64,000 nucleotides of DNA from Auanema rhodensis (lineage: Eukaryota > Animalia > Nematoda), in assembly GCA_964057225.1 (NCBI GenBank), contig OZ059899.1, forward strand, positions 9,424,001 to 9,488,000, in the 5' to 3' direction. Below are positions 51,411-63,250 of this stretch, piece by piece. The notes under the pieces were generated by a model. The model saw nothing but the letters and a program-made list of their open reading frames with translations. It was not told the origin of the DNA and did no database searches. Each line of letters begins with the position of its first letter. Position 1 is the first letter of the stretch. The translations under genes were made by a program, and so were the position numbers.

Positions 51411-52357
51411 TAAATTTTTTTTATTTCACTTGTCATTCATAAAAATCGAATTTATTTTTTTCAACGACTATTTTTGCAATGTGTCATAAGAATTTCACAG
51501 TTTAACAAAACGTTTTTTAAGAAGTTTTTTTGTTGTCAACATATATATTTTGCTGGAATTCAAAAGCATTTGGGATGGAAATTAGAAAGAAAAGAACTAG
51601 TTTTTCCTACTTTAAAACAAACAATAAGAAATAAAATGAAAAAGATTGTTAGATATCCAATTTAAACTTTTACATTTACTTCGATAAACAGCCTATTAGA
51701 TTGAAATTTTATGTCTTACAGTTCTCCAACAGAACAGACTGATCCTGATTTTTCTACGATTACATAAAACTCTCGTTTGATATAAAAAAAGGAGAGGAAC
51801 AACGTTTCCAGGATGTCAAGGATATCGAATCTAGTGATATTGTAGAAAAATGTAATGTCAGCTCCATAGGTTTTCTCCTAATTTCTCTCATCACAATTGT
51901 CTTAGTTTTTTTTTCTTATAAGAGTTTCAGAAATCTTAGTTGAACAAGGCCGTATAAAATTTCCTGTAATTCGAAAGCATTTGGGATGGAATTTAGAAAG
52001 AAAAGAACTAGTTTTTCCTACTTTAAAACAAACAATAAGAAATAAAATGAAAAAGATTGTTAGATATCCAATTTAAACTTATACATTTACTTCGATAAAA
52101 AGCCTATTAGTTTGAAATTTTATGTCTTACAGTTCTCCAACAGAACAGACTGATCCTGATTTTTCTACGATTACATAAAACTCTCGTTTGATATAAAAAA
52201 AGGAGAGGAATAACGTTTCCAGGATGTCAAGGATATCGAATCTAGTGATATTGTAGAAAAATGTAATGTCAGCTCCATAGGTTTTCTCCTAATTTCTCTC
52301 ATCACAATTGTCTTAGTTTTTTTTCTCATAAGAGTTTCTGAAATTTTAGTTGAACAA

Positions 52358-52430
52358 GGCCGCGTGGCGCAATGGATAAAGCGTCTGCCTACGGAGCAGA
52401 AGATTGTAGGTTCGAATCCTGCCGTGGTCG
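52358..52430 (+). tRNA. tRNA-Arg-ACG: tRNA-Arg(ACG), variant C23A
   Basis: GGATAAAGCG; breaks the D-stem pair G12-C23. Confidence 0.8.
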
Positions 52431-53377
52431 TAAATTTTTTTCATTTCACTTGTCATTCATAAAAATCGAATTTATTTTTTTCAATGATTTTTTTTTGCAA
52501 TGTGTCATAAGAATTACACAGTTGAACAAAACGTTTTTTAAGAATTTTCTTTGTTGTCAACATATATATTTTCCTGAAATTCGAAAGCATTTGGGATGGA
52601 AATTAGAAAGAAAAGAACTAGTTTTTCCTAATTTAAAACAAACAATAAGAAATAAAATGAAAAAGATTGTTAGATATCCAATTTAAACTTATACATTTAC
52701 TTCGATAAAGAGCCTATTAGATTAAAATTTTATGTCTTACAGTTCTCCAACAGAACAGACTGATCCTGATTTTTCTACGATTACATAAAACTCTCGTTTG
52801 ATATAAAAAAAGGAGAGGAACAACGTTTCCAGGATGTCAAGGATATCGAATCTAGTGATATTGTAGAAAAATGTAATGTCAGCTCCATAGGTTTTCTCCT
52901 AATTTCTCTCATCACAATTGTCTTAGTTTTTTTCTCATAAGAGTTTCTGAAATCTTAGGTGAACAAGGCCGCATAGAATTTCCTGTAATTCGAAAGCATT
53001 TGGGATGGAATTTAGAAAGAAAAGAACTAGTTTTTCCTACTTTAAAACAAACAATAAGAAATAAAATGAAAAAGATTGTTAGATATCCAATTTAAACTTA
53101 CACATTTACTTCGATAAAAAGCCTATTAGTTTGAAATTTTATGTCTTACAGTTCTCCAACAGAACAGACTGATCCTGATTTTTCTACGATTACATAAAAC
53201 TCTCGTTTGATATAAAAAAAGGAGCGGAATAACGTTTCCAGGATGTCAAGGATATCGAATCTAGTGATATTGTAGAAAAATGTAATGTCAGCTCCATAGG
53301 TTTTCTCCTAATTTCTCTCATCACAATTGTCTTAGTTTTTTTTTCTCATAAGAGTTTCTGAAATCTTAGTTGAACAA

Positions 53378-53450
53378 GGCCGCGTGGCGCAATGCATAAC
53401 GCGTCTGCCTACGGAGCAGAAGATTGTAGGTTCGAATCCTGCCGTGGTCG
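53378..53450 (+). tRNA. tRNA-Arg-ACG: tRNA-Arg(ACG), variant G19C
   Basis: As 46031. Confidence 0.78.
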
Positions 53451-55215
53451 TAAATTTTTTTCATTTCACTTGTCATTCATAAAAATCGAATTTATTTTTT
53501 TCAATGATTTTTTTTTGCAATGTGTCATAAGAATTACACAGTTGAACAAAACGTTTTTTAAGAATTTTCTTTGTTGTCAACATATATATTTTCCTGGAAT
53601 TCGAAAGCATTTGGGATGGAAATTAGAAAGAAAAGAACTAGTTTTTCCTAATTTAAAACAAACAATAAGAAATAAAATGAAAAAGATTGTTAGATATCCA
53701 ATTTAAACTTATACATTTACTTCGATAAAGAGCCTATTAGATTGAAATTTTATGTCTTACAGTTCTCCAACAGAACAGACTGATCCTGATTTTTCTACGA
53801 TTACATAAAACTCTCGTTTGATATAAAAAAAGGAGAGGAACAACGTTTCCAGGATGTCAAGGATATCGAATCTAGTGATATTGTAGAAAAATGTAATGTC
53901 AGCTCCATAGGTTTTCCCCTAATTTCTCTCATCACAATTGTCTTAGTTTTTTTCTCATAAGAGTTTCTGAAATCTTAGGTGAACAAGGCCGTATAAAATT
54001 TCCTGTAATTCGAAAGCATTTGGAATGGAATTTAGAAAGAAAAGAACTAGTTTTTCCTACTTTAAAACAAACAATAAGAAATAAAATGAAAAAGATTGTT
54101 AGATATCCAATTTAAACTTATACATTTACTTCGATGAAGAGCCTGTTAGTTTGAAATTTTATGTCTTACAGTTCTCCAACAGAACACACTGATCCTGATT
54201 TTTCTACGATTACATAAAACTCTCGTTTGATATAAAAAAAGGAGAGGAATAACGTTTCCAGGATGTCAAGGATATCGAATCTAGTCATATTGTAGAAAAA
54301 TGTAATGTCAGCTCCATAGGTTTTCCCCTAATTTCTCTCATCACAATTGTCTTAGTTTTTTTCTCATAAGAGTTTCTGAAATCTTAGGTGAACAAGGCCG
54401 TATAAAATTTCCTGTAATTCGAAAGCATTTGGGATGGAATTTAGAAAGAAAAGAACTAGTTTTTCCTACTTTAAAACAAACAATAAGAAATAAAATGAAA
54501 AAGATTGTTAGATATCCAATTTAAACTTATACATTTACTTCGATAAAGAGCCTATTAGATTGAAATTTTATGTCTTACAGTTCTCCAACAGAACAGACTG
54601 ATCCTGATTTTTCTACGATTACATAAAACTCTCGTTTGATATAAAAAAAGGAGAGGAACAAGGTTTCCAGGATGTCAAGGATATCGAATCTAGTGATATT
54701 GTAGAAAAATGTAATGTCAGCTCCATAGGTTTTCTCCTAATTTCTCTCATCACAATTGTCTTAGTTTTTTTCTCATAAGAGTTTCTGAAATCTTAGGTGA
54801 ACAAGGCCGTATAAAATTTCCTGTAATTCGAAAGCACTTGGGATGGAATTTAGAAAGAAAAGAACTAGTTTTTCCTACTTTAAAACAAACAATAAGAAAT
54901 AAAATGAAAAAGATTGTTAGATATCCAATTTAAACTTATACATTTACTTCGATGAAGAGCCTGTTAGTTTGAAAATTTATGTCTTACAGTTCTCCAACAG
55001 AACACACTGATCCTGATTTTTCTACGATTACATAAAACTCTCGTTTGATATAAAAAAAGGAGAGGAATAACGTTTCCAGGATGTCAAGGATATCGAATCT
55101 AGTGATATTGTAGAAAAATGTAATGTCAGCTCCATAGGTTTTCTCCTAATTTCTCTCATCACAATTGTCTTAGTTTTTTTTTCTCATAAGAGTTTCTGAA
55201 ATCTTAGTTGAACAA

Positions 55216-55288
55216 GGCCGCGTGGCGCAATGGATAACGCGTCTGCCTACGGAGCAGAAGATTGTAGGTTCGAATCCTGCCGTGGTCG
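55216..55288 (+). tRNA. tRNA-Arg-ACG: tRNA-Arg(ACG)
   Basis: Consensus copy. Confidence 0.96.
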
Positions 55289-57053
55289 TAAATTTTTTTC
55301 ATTTCACTTGTCATTCATAAAAATCGAATTTATTTTTTTCAATGATTTTTTTTTGCAATGTGTCATAAGAATTACACAGTTGAACAAAACGTTTTTTAAG
55401 AATTTTCTTTGTTGTCAACATATATATTTTCCTGGAATTCGAAAGCATTTGGGATGGAAATTAGAAAGAAAAGAACTAGTTTTTCCTACTTTAAAACAAA
55501 CAATAAGAAATAAAATGAAAAAGATTGTTAGATATCCAATTTAAACTTATACATTTACTTCGATAAAGAGCCTATTAGATTGAAATTTTATGTCTTACAG
55601 TTCTCCAACAGAACAGACTGATTCTGATTTCTCTATGATTACATAAAACTCCCGTTTGATATAAAAAAAGGAGAGGAATAACGTTTCCAGGATGTCAAGG
55701 ATATCGAATCTAGTGATATTGTAGAGAAATGTAATGTCAGCTCCATAGGTTTTCTCTTAATTTCTCTCTTCACAATTGTCTTAGTTTTTTTCTCATAAGA
55801 GTTTCTGAAATCTTAGGTGAAGAAGGCCGTATATATTTTCCTGGAATTCGAAAGCATTTGGGATGGAAATTAGAAAGAAAAGAACTAGTTTTTCCTACTT
55901 TAAAACAAACAATAAGAAATAAAATGAAAAAAATTGTTAGATATCCAATTTAAACTTATACATTTACTTCGATAATGAGCCTATTAGATTGAAATTTTAT
56001 GTCTTACAGTTCTCCAACAGAACAGACTGATCCTGATTTTTCTACGATTACATAAAACTCTCGTTTGATATAAAAAAAGGAGAGGAACAACGTTTCCAGG
56101 ATGTCAAGGATATCGAATCTAGTGATATTGTAGAAAAATGTAATGTCAGCTCCATAGGTTTTCCCCTAATTTCTCTCATCACAATTGTCTTAGTTTTTTT
56201 CTCATAAGAGTTTCTGAAATCTTAGGTGAACAAGGCCGTATAAAATTTCCTGTAATTCGAAAGCATTTGGGATGGAATTTAGAAAGAAAAGAACTAGTTT
56301 TTCCTACTTTAAAACAAACAATAAGAAATAAAATGAAAAAGATTGTTAGATATCCAATTTAAACTTATACATTTATTTCGATGAAGAGCCTGTTAGTTTG
56401 AAATTTTATGTCTTACAGTTCTCCAACAGAACACACTGATCCTGATTTTTCTACGATTACATAAAACTCTCGTTTGATATAAAAAAAGGAGAGGAACAAG
56501 GTTTCCAGGATGTCAAGGATATCGAATCTAGTGATATTGTAGAAAAATGTAATGTCAGCTCCATAGGTTTTCTCCTAATTTCTCTCATCACAATTGTCTT
56601 AGTTTTTTTCTCATAAGAGTTTCTGAAATCTTAGGTGAACAAGGCCGTATAAAATTTCCTGTAATTCGAAAGCATTTGGGATGGAATTTAGAAAGAAAAG
56701 AACTAGTTTTTCCTACTTTAAAACAAACAATAAGAAATAAAATGAAAAAGATTGTTAGATATCCAATTTAAACTTATACATTTACTTCGATGAAGAGCCT
56801 GTTAGTTTGAAAATTTATGTCTTACAGTTCTCCAACAGAACACACTGATCCTGATTTTTCTACGATTACATAAAACTCTCGTTTGATATAAAAAAAGGAG
56901 AGGAATAACGTTTCCAGGATGTCAAGGATATCGAATCTAGTGATATTGTAGAAAAATGTAATGTCAGCTCCATAGGTTTTCTCCTAATTTCTCTCATCAC
57001 AATTGTCTTAGTTTTTTTTTCTCATAAGAGTTTCTGAAATCTTAGTTGAACAA

Positions 57054-57126
57054 GGCCGCGTGGCGCAATGGATAACGCGTCTGCCTACGGAGCAGAAGAT
57101 TGTAGGTTCGAATCCTGCCGTGGTCG
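57054..57126 (+). tRNA. tRNA-Arg-ACG: tRNA-Arg(ACG)
   Basis: Consensus copy. Confidence 0.96.
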
Positions 57127-59300
57127 TAAATTTTTTTCATTTCACTTGTCATTCATAAAAATCGAATTTATTTTTTTCAATGATTTTTTTTTGCAATGTG
57201 TCATAAGAATTACACAGTTGAACAAAACGTTTTTTAAGAATTTTCTTTGTTGTCAACATATATATTTTCCTGGAATTCGAAAGCATTTGGGATGGAAATT
57301 AGAAAGAAAAGAACTAGTTTTTCCTACTTTAAAACAAACAATAAGAAATAAAATGAAAAAGATTGTTAGATATCCAATTTAAACTTATACATTTACTTCG
57401 ATAAAGAGCCTATTAGATTGAAATTTTATGTCTTACAGTTCTCCAACAGAACAGACTGATTCTGATTTCTCTATGATTACATAAAACTCCCGTTTGATAT
57501 AAAAAAAGGAGAGGAATAACGTTTCCAGGATGTCAAGGATATCGAATCTAGTGATATTGTAGAGAAATGTAATGTCAGCTCCATAGGTTTTCTCTTAATT
57601 TCTCTCTTCACAATTGTCTTAGTTTTTTTCTCATAAGAGTTTCTGAAATCTTAGGTGAAGAAGGCCGTATATATTTTCCTGGAATTCGAAAGCATTTGGG
57701 ATGGAAATTAGAAAGAAAAGAACTAGTTTTTCCTACTTTAAAACAAACAATAAGAAATAAAATGAAAAAAATTGTTAGATATCCAATTTAAACTTATACA
57801 TTTACTTCGATAATGAGCCTATTAGATTGAAATTTTATGTCTTACAGTTCTCCAACAGAACAGACTGATCCTGATTTTTCTACGATTACATAAAACTCTC
57901 GTTTGATATAAAAAAAGGAGAGGAACAACGTTTCCAGGATGTCAAGGATATCGAATCTAGTGATATTGTAGAAAAATGTAATGTCAGCTCCATAGGTTTT
58001 CCCCTAATTTCTCTCATCACAATTGTCTTAGTTTTTTTCTCATAAGAGTTTCTGAAATCTTAGGTGAACAAGGCCGTATAAAATTTCCTGTAATTCGAAA
58101 GCATTTGGAATGGAATTTAGAAAGAAAAGAACTAGTTTTTCCTACTTTAAAACAAACAATAAGAAATAAAATGAAAAAGATTGTTAGATATCCAATTTAA
58201 ACTTATACATTTACTTCGATGAAGAGCCTGTTAGTTTGAAATTTTATGTCTTACAGTTCTCCAACAGAACACACTGATCCTGATTTTTCTACGATTACAT
58301 AAAACTCTCGTTTGATATAAAAAAAGGAGAGGAATAACGTTTCCAGGATGTCAAGGATATCGAATCTAGTCATATTGTAGAAAAATGTAATGTCAGCTCC
58401 ATAGGTTTTCCCCTAATTTCTCTCATCACAATTGTCTTAGTTTTTTTCTCATAAGAGTTTCTGAAATCTTAGGTGAACAAGGCCGTATAAAATTTCCTGT
58501 AATTCGAAAGCATTTGGGATGGAATTTAGAAAGAAAAGAACTAGTTTTTCCTACTTTAAAACAAACAATAAGAAATAAAATGAAAAAGATTGTTAGATAT
58601 CCAATTTAAACTTATACATTTACTTCGATAAAGAGCCTATTAGATTGAAATTTTATGTCTTACAGTTCTCCAACAGAACAGACTGATCCTGATTTTTCTA
58701 CGATTACATAAAACTCTCGTTTGATATAAAAAAAGGAGAGGAACAAGGTTTCCAGGATGTCAAGGATATCGAATCTAGTGATATTGTAGAAAAATGTAAT
58801 GTCAGCTCCATAGGTTTTCTCCTAATTTCTCTCATCACAATTGTCTTAGTTTTTTTCTCATAAGAGTTTCTGAAATCTTAGGTGAACAAGGCCGTATAAA
58901 ATTTCCTGTAATTCGAAAGCACTTGGGATGGAATTTAGAAAGAAAAGAACTAGTTTTTCCTACTTTAAAACAAACAATAAGAAATAAAATGAAAAAGATT
59001 GTTAGATATCCAATTTAAACTTATACATTTACTTCGATGAAGAGCCTGTTAGTTTGAAAATTTATGTCTTACAGTTCTCCAACAGAACACACTGATCCTG
59101 ATTTTTCTACGATTACATAAAACTCTCGTTTGATATAAAAAAAGGAGAGGAATAACGTTTCCAGGATGTCAAGGATATCGAATCTAGTGATATTGTAGAA
59201 AAATGTAATGTCAGCTCCATAGGTTTTCTCCTAATTTCTCTCATCACAATTGTCTTAGTTTTTTTTTCTCATAAGAGTTTCTGAAATCTTAGTTGAACAA

Positions 59301-59373
59301 GGCCGCGTGGCGCAATGGATAACGCGTCTGCCTACGGAGCAGAAGATTGTAGGTTCGAATCCTGCCGTGGTCG
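59301..59373 (+). tRNA. tRNA-Arg-ACG: tRNA-Arg(ACG)
   Basis: Consensus copy. Confidence 0.96.
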
Positions 59374-61138
59374 TAAATTTTTTTCATTTCACTTGTCATT
59401 CATAAAAATCGAATTTATTTTTTTCAATGATTTTTTTTTGCAATGTGTCATAAGAATTACACAGTTGAACAAAACGTTTTTTAAGAATTTTCTTTGTTGT
59501 CAACATATATATTTTCCTGGAATTCGAAAGCATTTGGGATGGAAATTAGAAAGAAAAGAACTAGTTTTTCCTACTTTAAAACAAACAATAAGAAATAAAA
59601 TGAAAAAGATTGTTAGATATCCAATTTAAACTTATACATTTACTTCGATAAAGAGCCTATTAGATTGAAATTTTATGTCTTACAGTTCTCCAACAGAACA
59701 GACTGATTCTGATTTCTCTATGATTACATAAAACTCCCGTTTGATATAAAAAAAGGAGAGGAATAACGTTTCCAGGATGTCAAGGATATCGAATCTAGTG
59801 ATATTGTAGAGAAATGTAATGTCAGCTCCATAGGTTTTCTCTTAATTTCTCTCTTCACAATTGTCTTAGTTTTTTTCTCATAAGAGTTTCTGAAATCTTA
59901 GGTGAAGAAGGCCGTATATATTTTCCTGGAATTCGAAAGCATTTGGGATGGAAATTAGAAAGAAAAGAACTAGTTTTTCCTACTTTAAAACAAACAATAA
60001 GAAATAAAATGAAAAAAATTGTTAGATATCCAATTTAAACTTATACATTTACTTCGATAATGAGCCTATTAGATTGAAATTTTATGTCTTACAGTTCTCC
60101 AACAGAACAGACTGATCCTGATTTTTCTACGATTACATAAAACTCTCGTTTGATATAAAAAAAGGAGAGGAACAACGTTTCCAGGATGTCAAGGATATCG
60201 AATCTAGTGATATTGTAGAAAAATGTAATGTCAGCTCCATAGGTTTTCCCCTAATTTCTCTCATCACAATTGTCTTAGTTTTTTTCTCATAAGAGTTTCT
60301 GAAATCTTAGGTGAACAAGGCCGTATAAAATTTCCTGTAATTCGAAAGCATTTGGGATGGAATTTAGAAAGAAAAGAACTAGTTTTTCCTACTTTAAAAC
60401 AAACAATAAGAAATAAAATGAAAAAGATTGTTAGATATCCAATTTAAACTTATACATTTATTTCGATGAAGAGCCTGTTAGTTTGAAATTTTATGTCTTA
60501 CAGTTCTCCAACAGAACACACTGATCCTGATTTTTCTACGATTACATAAAACTCTCGTTTGATATAAAAAAAGGAGAGGAACAAGGTTTCCAGGATGTCA
60601 AGGATATCGAATCTAGTGATATTGTAGAAAAATGTAATGTCAGCTCCATAGGTTTTCTCCTAATTTCTCTCATCACAATTGTCTTAGTTTTTTTCTCATA
60701 AGAGTTTCTGAAATCTTAGGTGAACAAGGCCGTATAAAATTTCCTGTAATTCGAAAGCATTTGGGATGGAATTTAGAAAGAAAAGAACTAGTTTTTCCTA
60801 CTTTAAAACAAACAATAAGAAATAAAATGAAAAAGATTGTTAGATATCCAATTTAAACTTATACATTTACTTCGATGAAGAGCCTGTTAGTTTGAAAATT
60901 TATGTCTTACAGTTCTCCAACAGAACACACTGATCCTGATTTTTCTACGATTACATAAAACTCTCGTTTGATATAAAAAAAGGAGAGGAATAACGTTTCC
61001 AGGATGTCAAGGATATCGAATCTAGTGATATTGTAGAAAAATGTAATGTCAGCTCCATAGGTTTTCTCCTAATTTCTCTCATCACAATTGTCTTAGTTTT
61101 TTTTTCTCATAAGAGTTTCTGAAATCTTAGTTGAACAA

Positions 61139-61211
61139 GGCCGCGTGGCGCAATGGATAACGCGTCTGCCTACGGAGCAGAAGATTGTAGGTTCGAATCC
61201 TGCCGTGGTCG
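61139..61211 (+). tRNA. tRNA-Arg-ACG: tRNA-Arg(ACG)
   Basis: Consensus copy. Confidence 0.96.
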
Positions 61212-62566
61212 TAAATTTTTTTCATTTCACTTGTCATTCATAAAAATCGAATTTATTTTTTTCAATGATTTTTTTTTGCAATGTGTCATAAGAATTACAC
61301 AGTTGAACAAAACGTTTTTTAAGAATTTTCTTTGTTGTCAACATATATATTTTCCTGGAATTCGAAAGCATTTGGGATGGAAATTAGAAAGAAAAGAACT
61401 AGTTTTTCCTACTTTAAAACAAACAATAAGAAATAAAATGAAAAAGATTGTTAGATATCCAATTTAAACTTATACATTTACTTCGATAAAGAGCCTATTA
61501 GATTGAAATTTTATGTCTTACAGTTCTCCAACAGAACAGACTGATTCTGATTTCTCTATGATTACATAAAACTCCCGTTTGATATAAAAAAAGGAGAGGA
61601 ATAACGTTTCCAGGATGTCAAGGATATCGAATCTAGTGATATTGTAGAGAAATGTAATGTCAGCTCCATAGGTTTTCTCTTAATTTCTCTCTTCACAATT
61701 GTCTTAGTTTTTTTCTCATAAGAGTTTCTGAAATCTTAGGTGAAGAAGGCCGTATATATTTTCCTGGAATTCGTAAGCATTTGGGATGGAAATTAGAAAG
61801 AAAAGAACTAGTTTTTCCTACTTTAAAACAAACAATAAGAAATAAAATGAAAAAAATTGTTAGATATCCAATTTAAACTTATACATTTACTTCGATAAAG
61901 AGCCTATTAGATTGAAATTTTATGTCTTACAGTTCTCCAACAGAACAGACTGATCCTGATTTTTCTACGATTACATAAAACTCTCGTTTGATATAAAAAA
62001 AGGAGAGGAACAACGTTTCCAGGATGTCAAGGATATCGAATCTAGTGATATTGTAGAAAAATGTAATGTCAGCTCCATAGGTTTTCCCCTAATTTCTCTC
62101 ATCACAATTGTCTTAGTTTTTTTCTCATAAGAGTTTCTGAAATCTTAGGTGAACAAGGCCGTATAAAATTTCCTGTAATTCGAAAGCATTTGGGATGGAA
62201 TTTAGAAAGAAAAGAACTAGTTTTTCCTACTTTAAAACAAACAATAAGAAATAAAATGAAAAAGATTGTTAGATATCCAATTTAAACTTATACATTTATT
62301 TCGATGAAGAGCCTGTTAGTTTGAAATTTTATGTCTTACAGTTCTCCAACAGAACAGACTGATCCTGATTTTTCTACGATTACATAAAACTCTCGTTTGA
62401 TATAAAAAAAGGAGAGGAACAACGTTTCCAGGATGTCAAGGATATCGAATCTAGTGATATTGTAGAGAAATGTAATGTCAGCTCCATAGGTTTTCTCTTA
62501 ATTTCTCTCATCACAATTGTCTTAGTTTTTTTTCTCATAAGAGTTTCTGAAATCTTTGTTGAACAA

Positions 62567-62639
62567 GGTCGCGTGGCGCAATGGATAACGCGTCTGCCTA
62601 CGGAGCAGAAGATTGTAGGTTCGAATCCTGCCGTGGTCG
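62567..62639 (+). tRNA. tRNA-Arg-ACG: tRNA-Arg(ACG), variant C3T only (recombinant)
   Basis: GGTCGCG 5' end with consensus GATTGTAGG. Confidence 0.9.
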
Positions 62640-63177
62640 TAAATTTTTTTCATTTCACTTGTCATTCATAAAAATCGAATTTATTTTTTTCAATGATTTT
62701 TTTTTGCAATGTGTCATAAGAATTACACAGTTGAACAAAACGTTTTTTAAGAATTTTCTTTGTTGTCAACATATATATTTTCCTGGAATTCGAAAGCATT
62801 TGGGATGGAAATTAGAAAGAAAAGAACTAGTTTTTCCTACTTCAAAACAAACAATAAGAAATAAAATGAAAAAGATTGTTAGATATCCAATTTAAACTTA
62901 TACATTTACTTCGATAAAGAGCCTATTAGATTGAAATTTTATGTCTTACAGTTCTCCAACAGAACAGACTGATCCTGATTTCCCTATGATTACATAAAAC
63001 TCCCGTTTGATATAAAAAAAGGAGAGGAATAACGTTTCCAGGATGTCAAGGATATCGAATCTAGTGATATTGTAGAGAAATGTAATGTCAGCTCCATAGG
63101 TTTTCTCTTAATTTCTCTCATTACAATTGTCTTAGTTTTTTTTTCTCATAAGAGTTTCTGAAATCTTAGTTGAACAA

Positions 63178-63250
63178 GGCCGCGTGGCGCAATGCATAAC
63201 GCGTCTGCCTACGGAGCAGAAGATTGTAGGTTCGAATCCTGCCGTGGTCG
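63178..63250 (+). tRNA. tRNA-Arg-ACG: tRNA-Arg(ACG), variant G19C
   Basis: As 46031. Confidence 0.78.
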
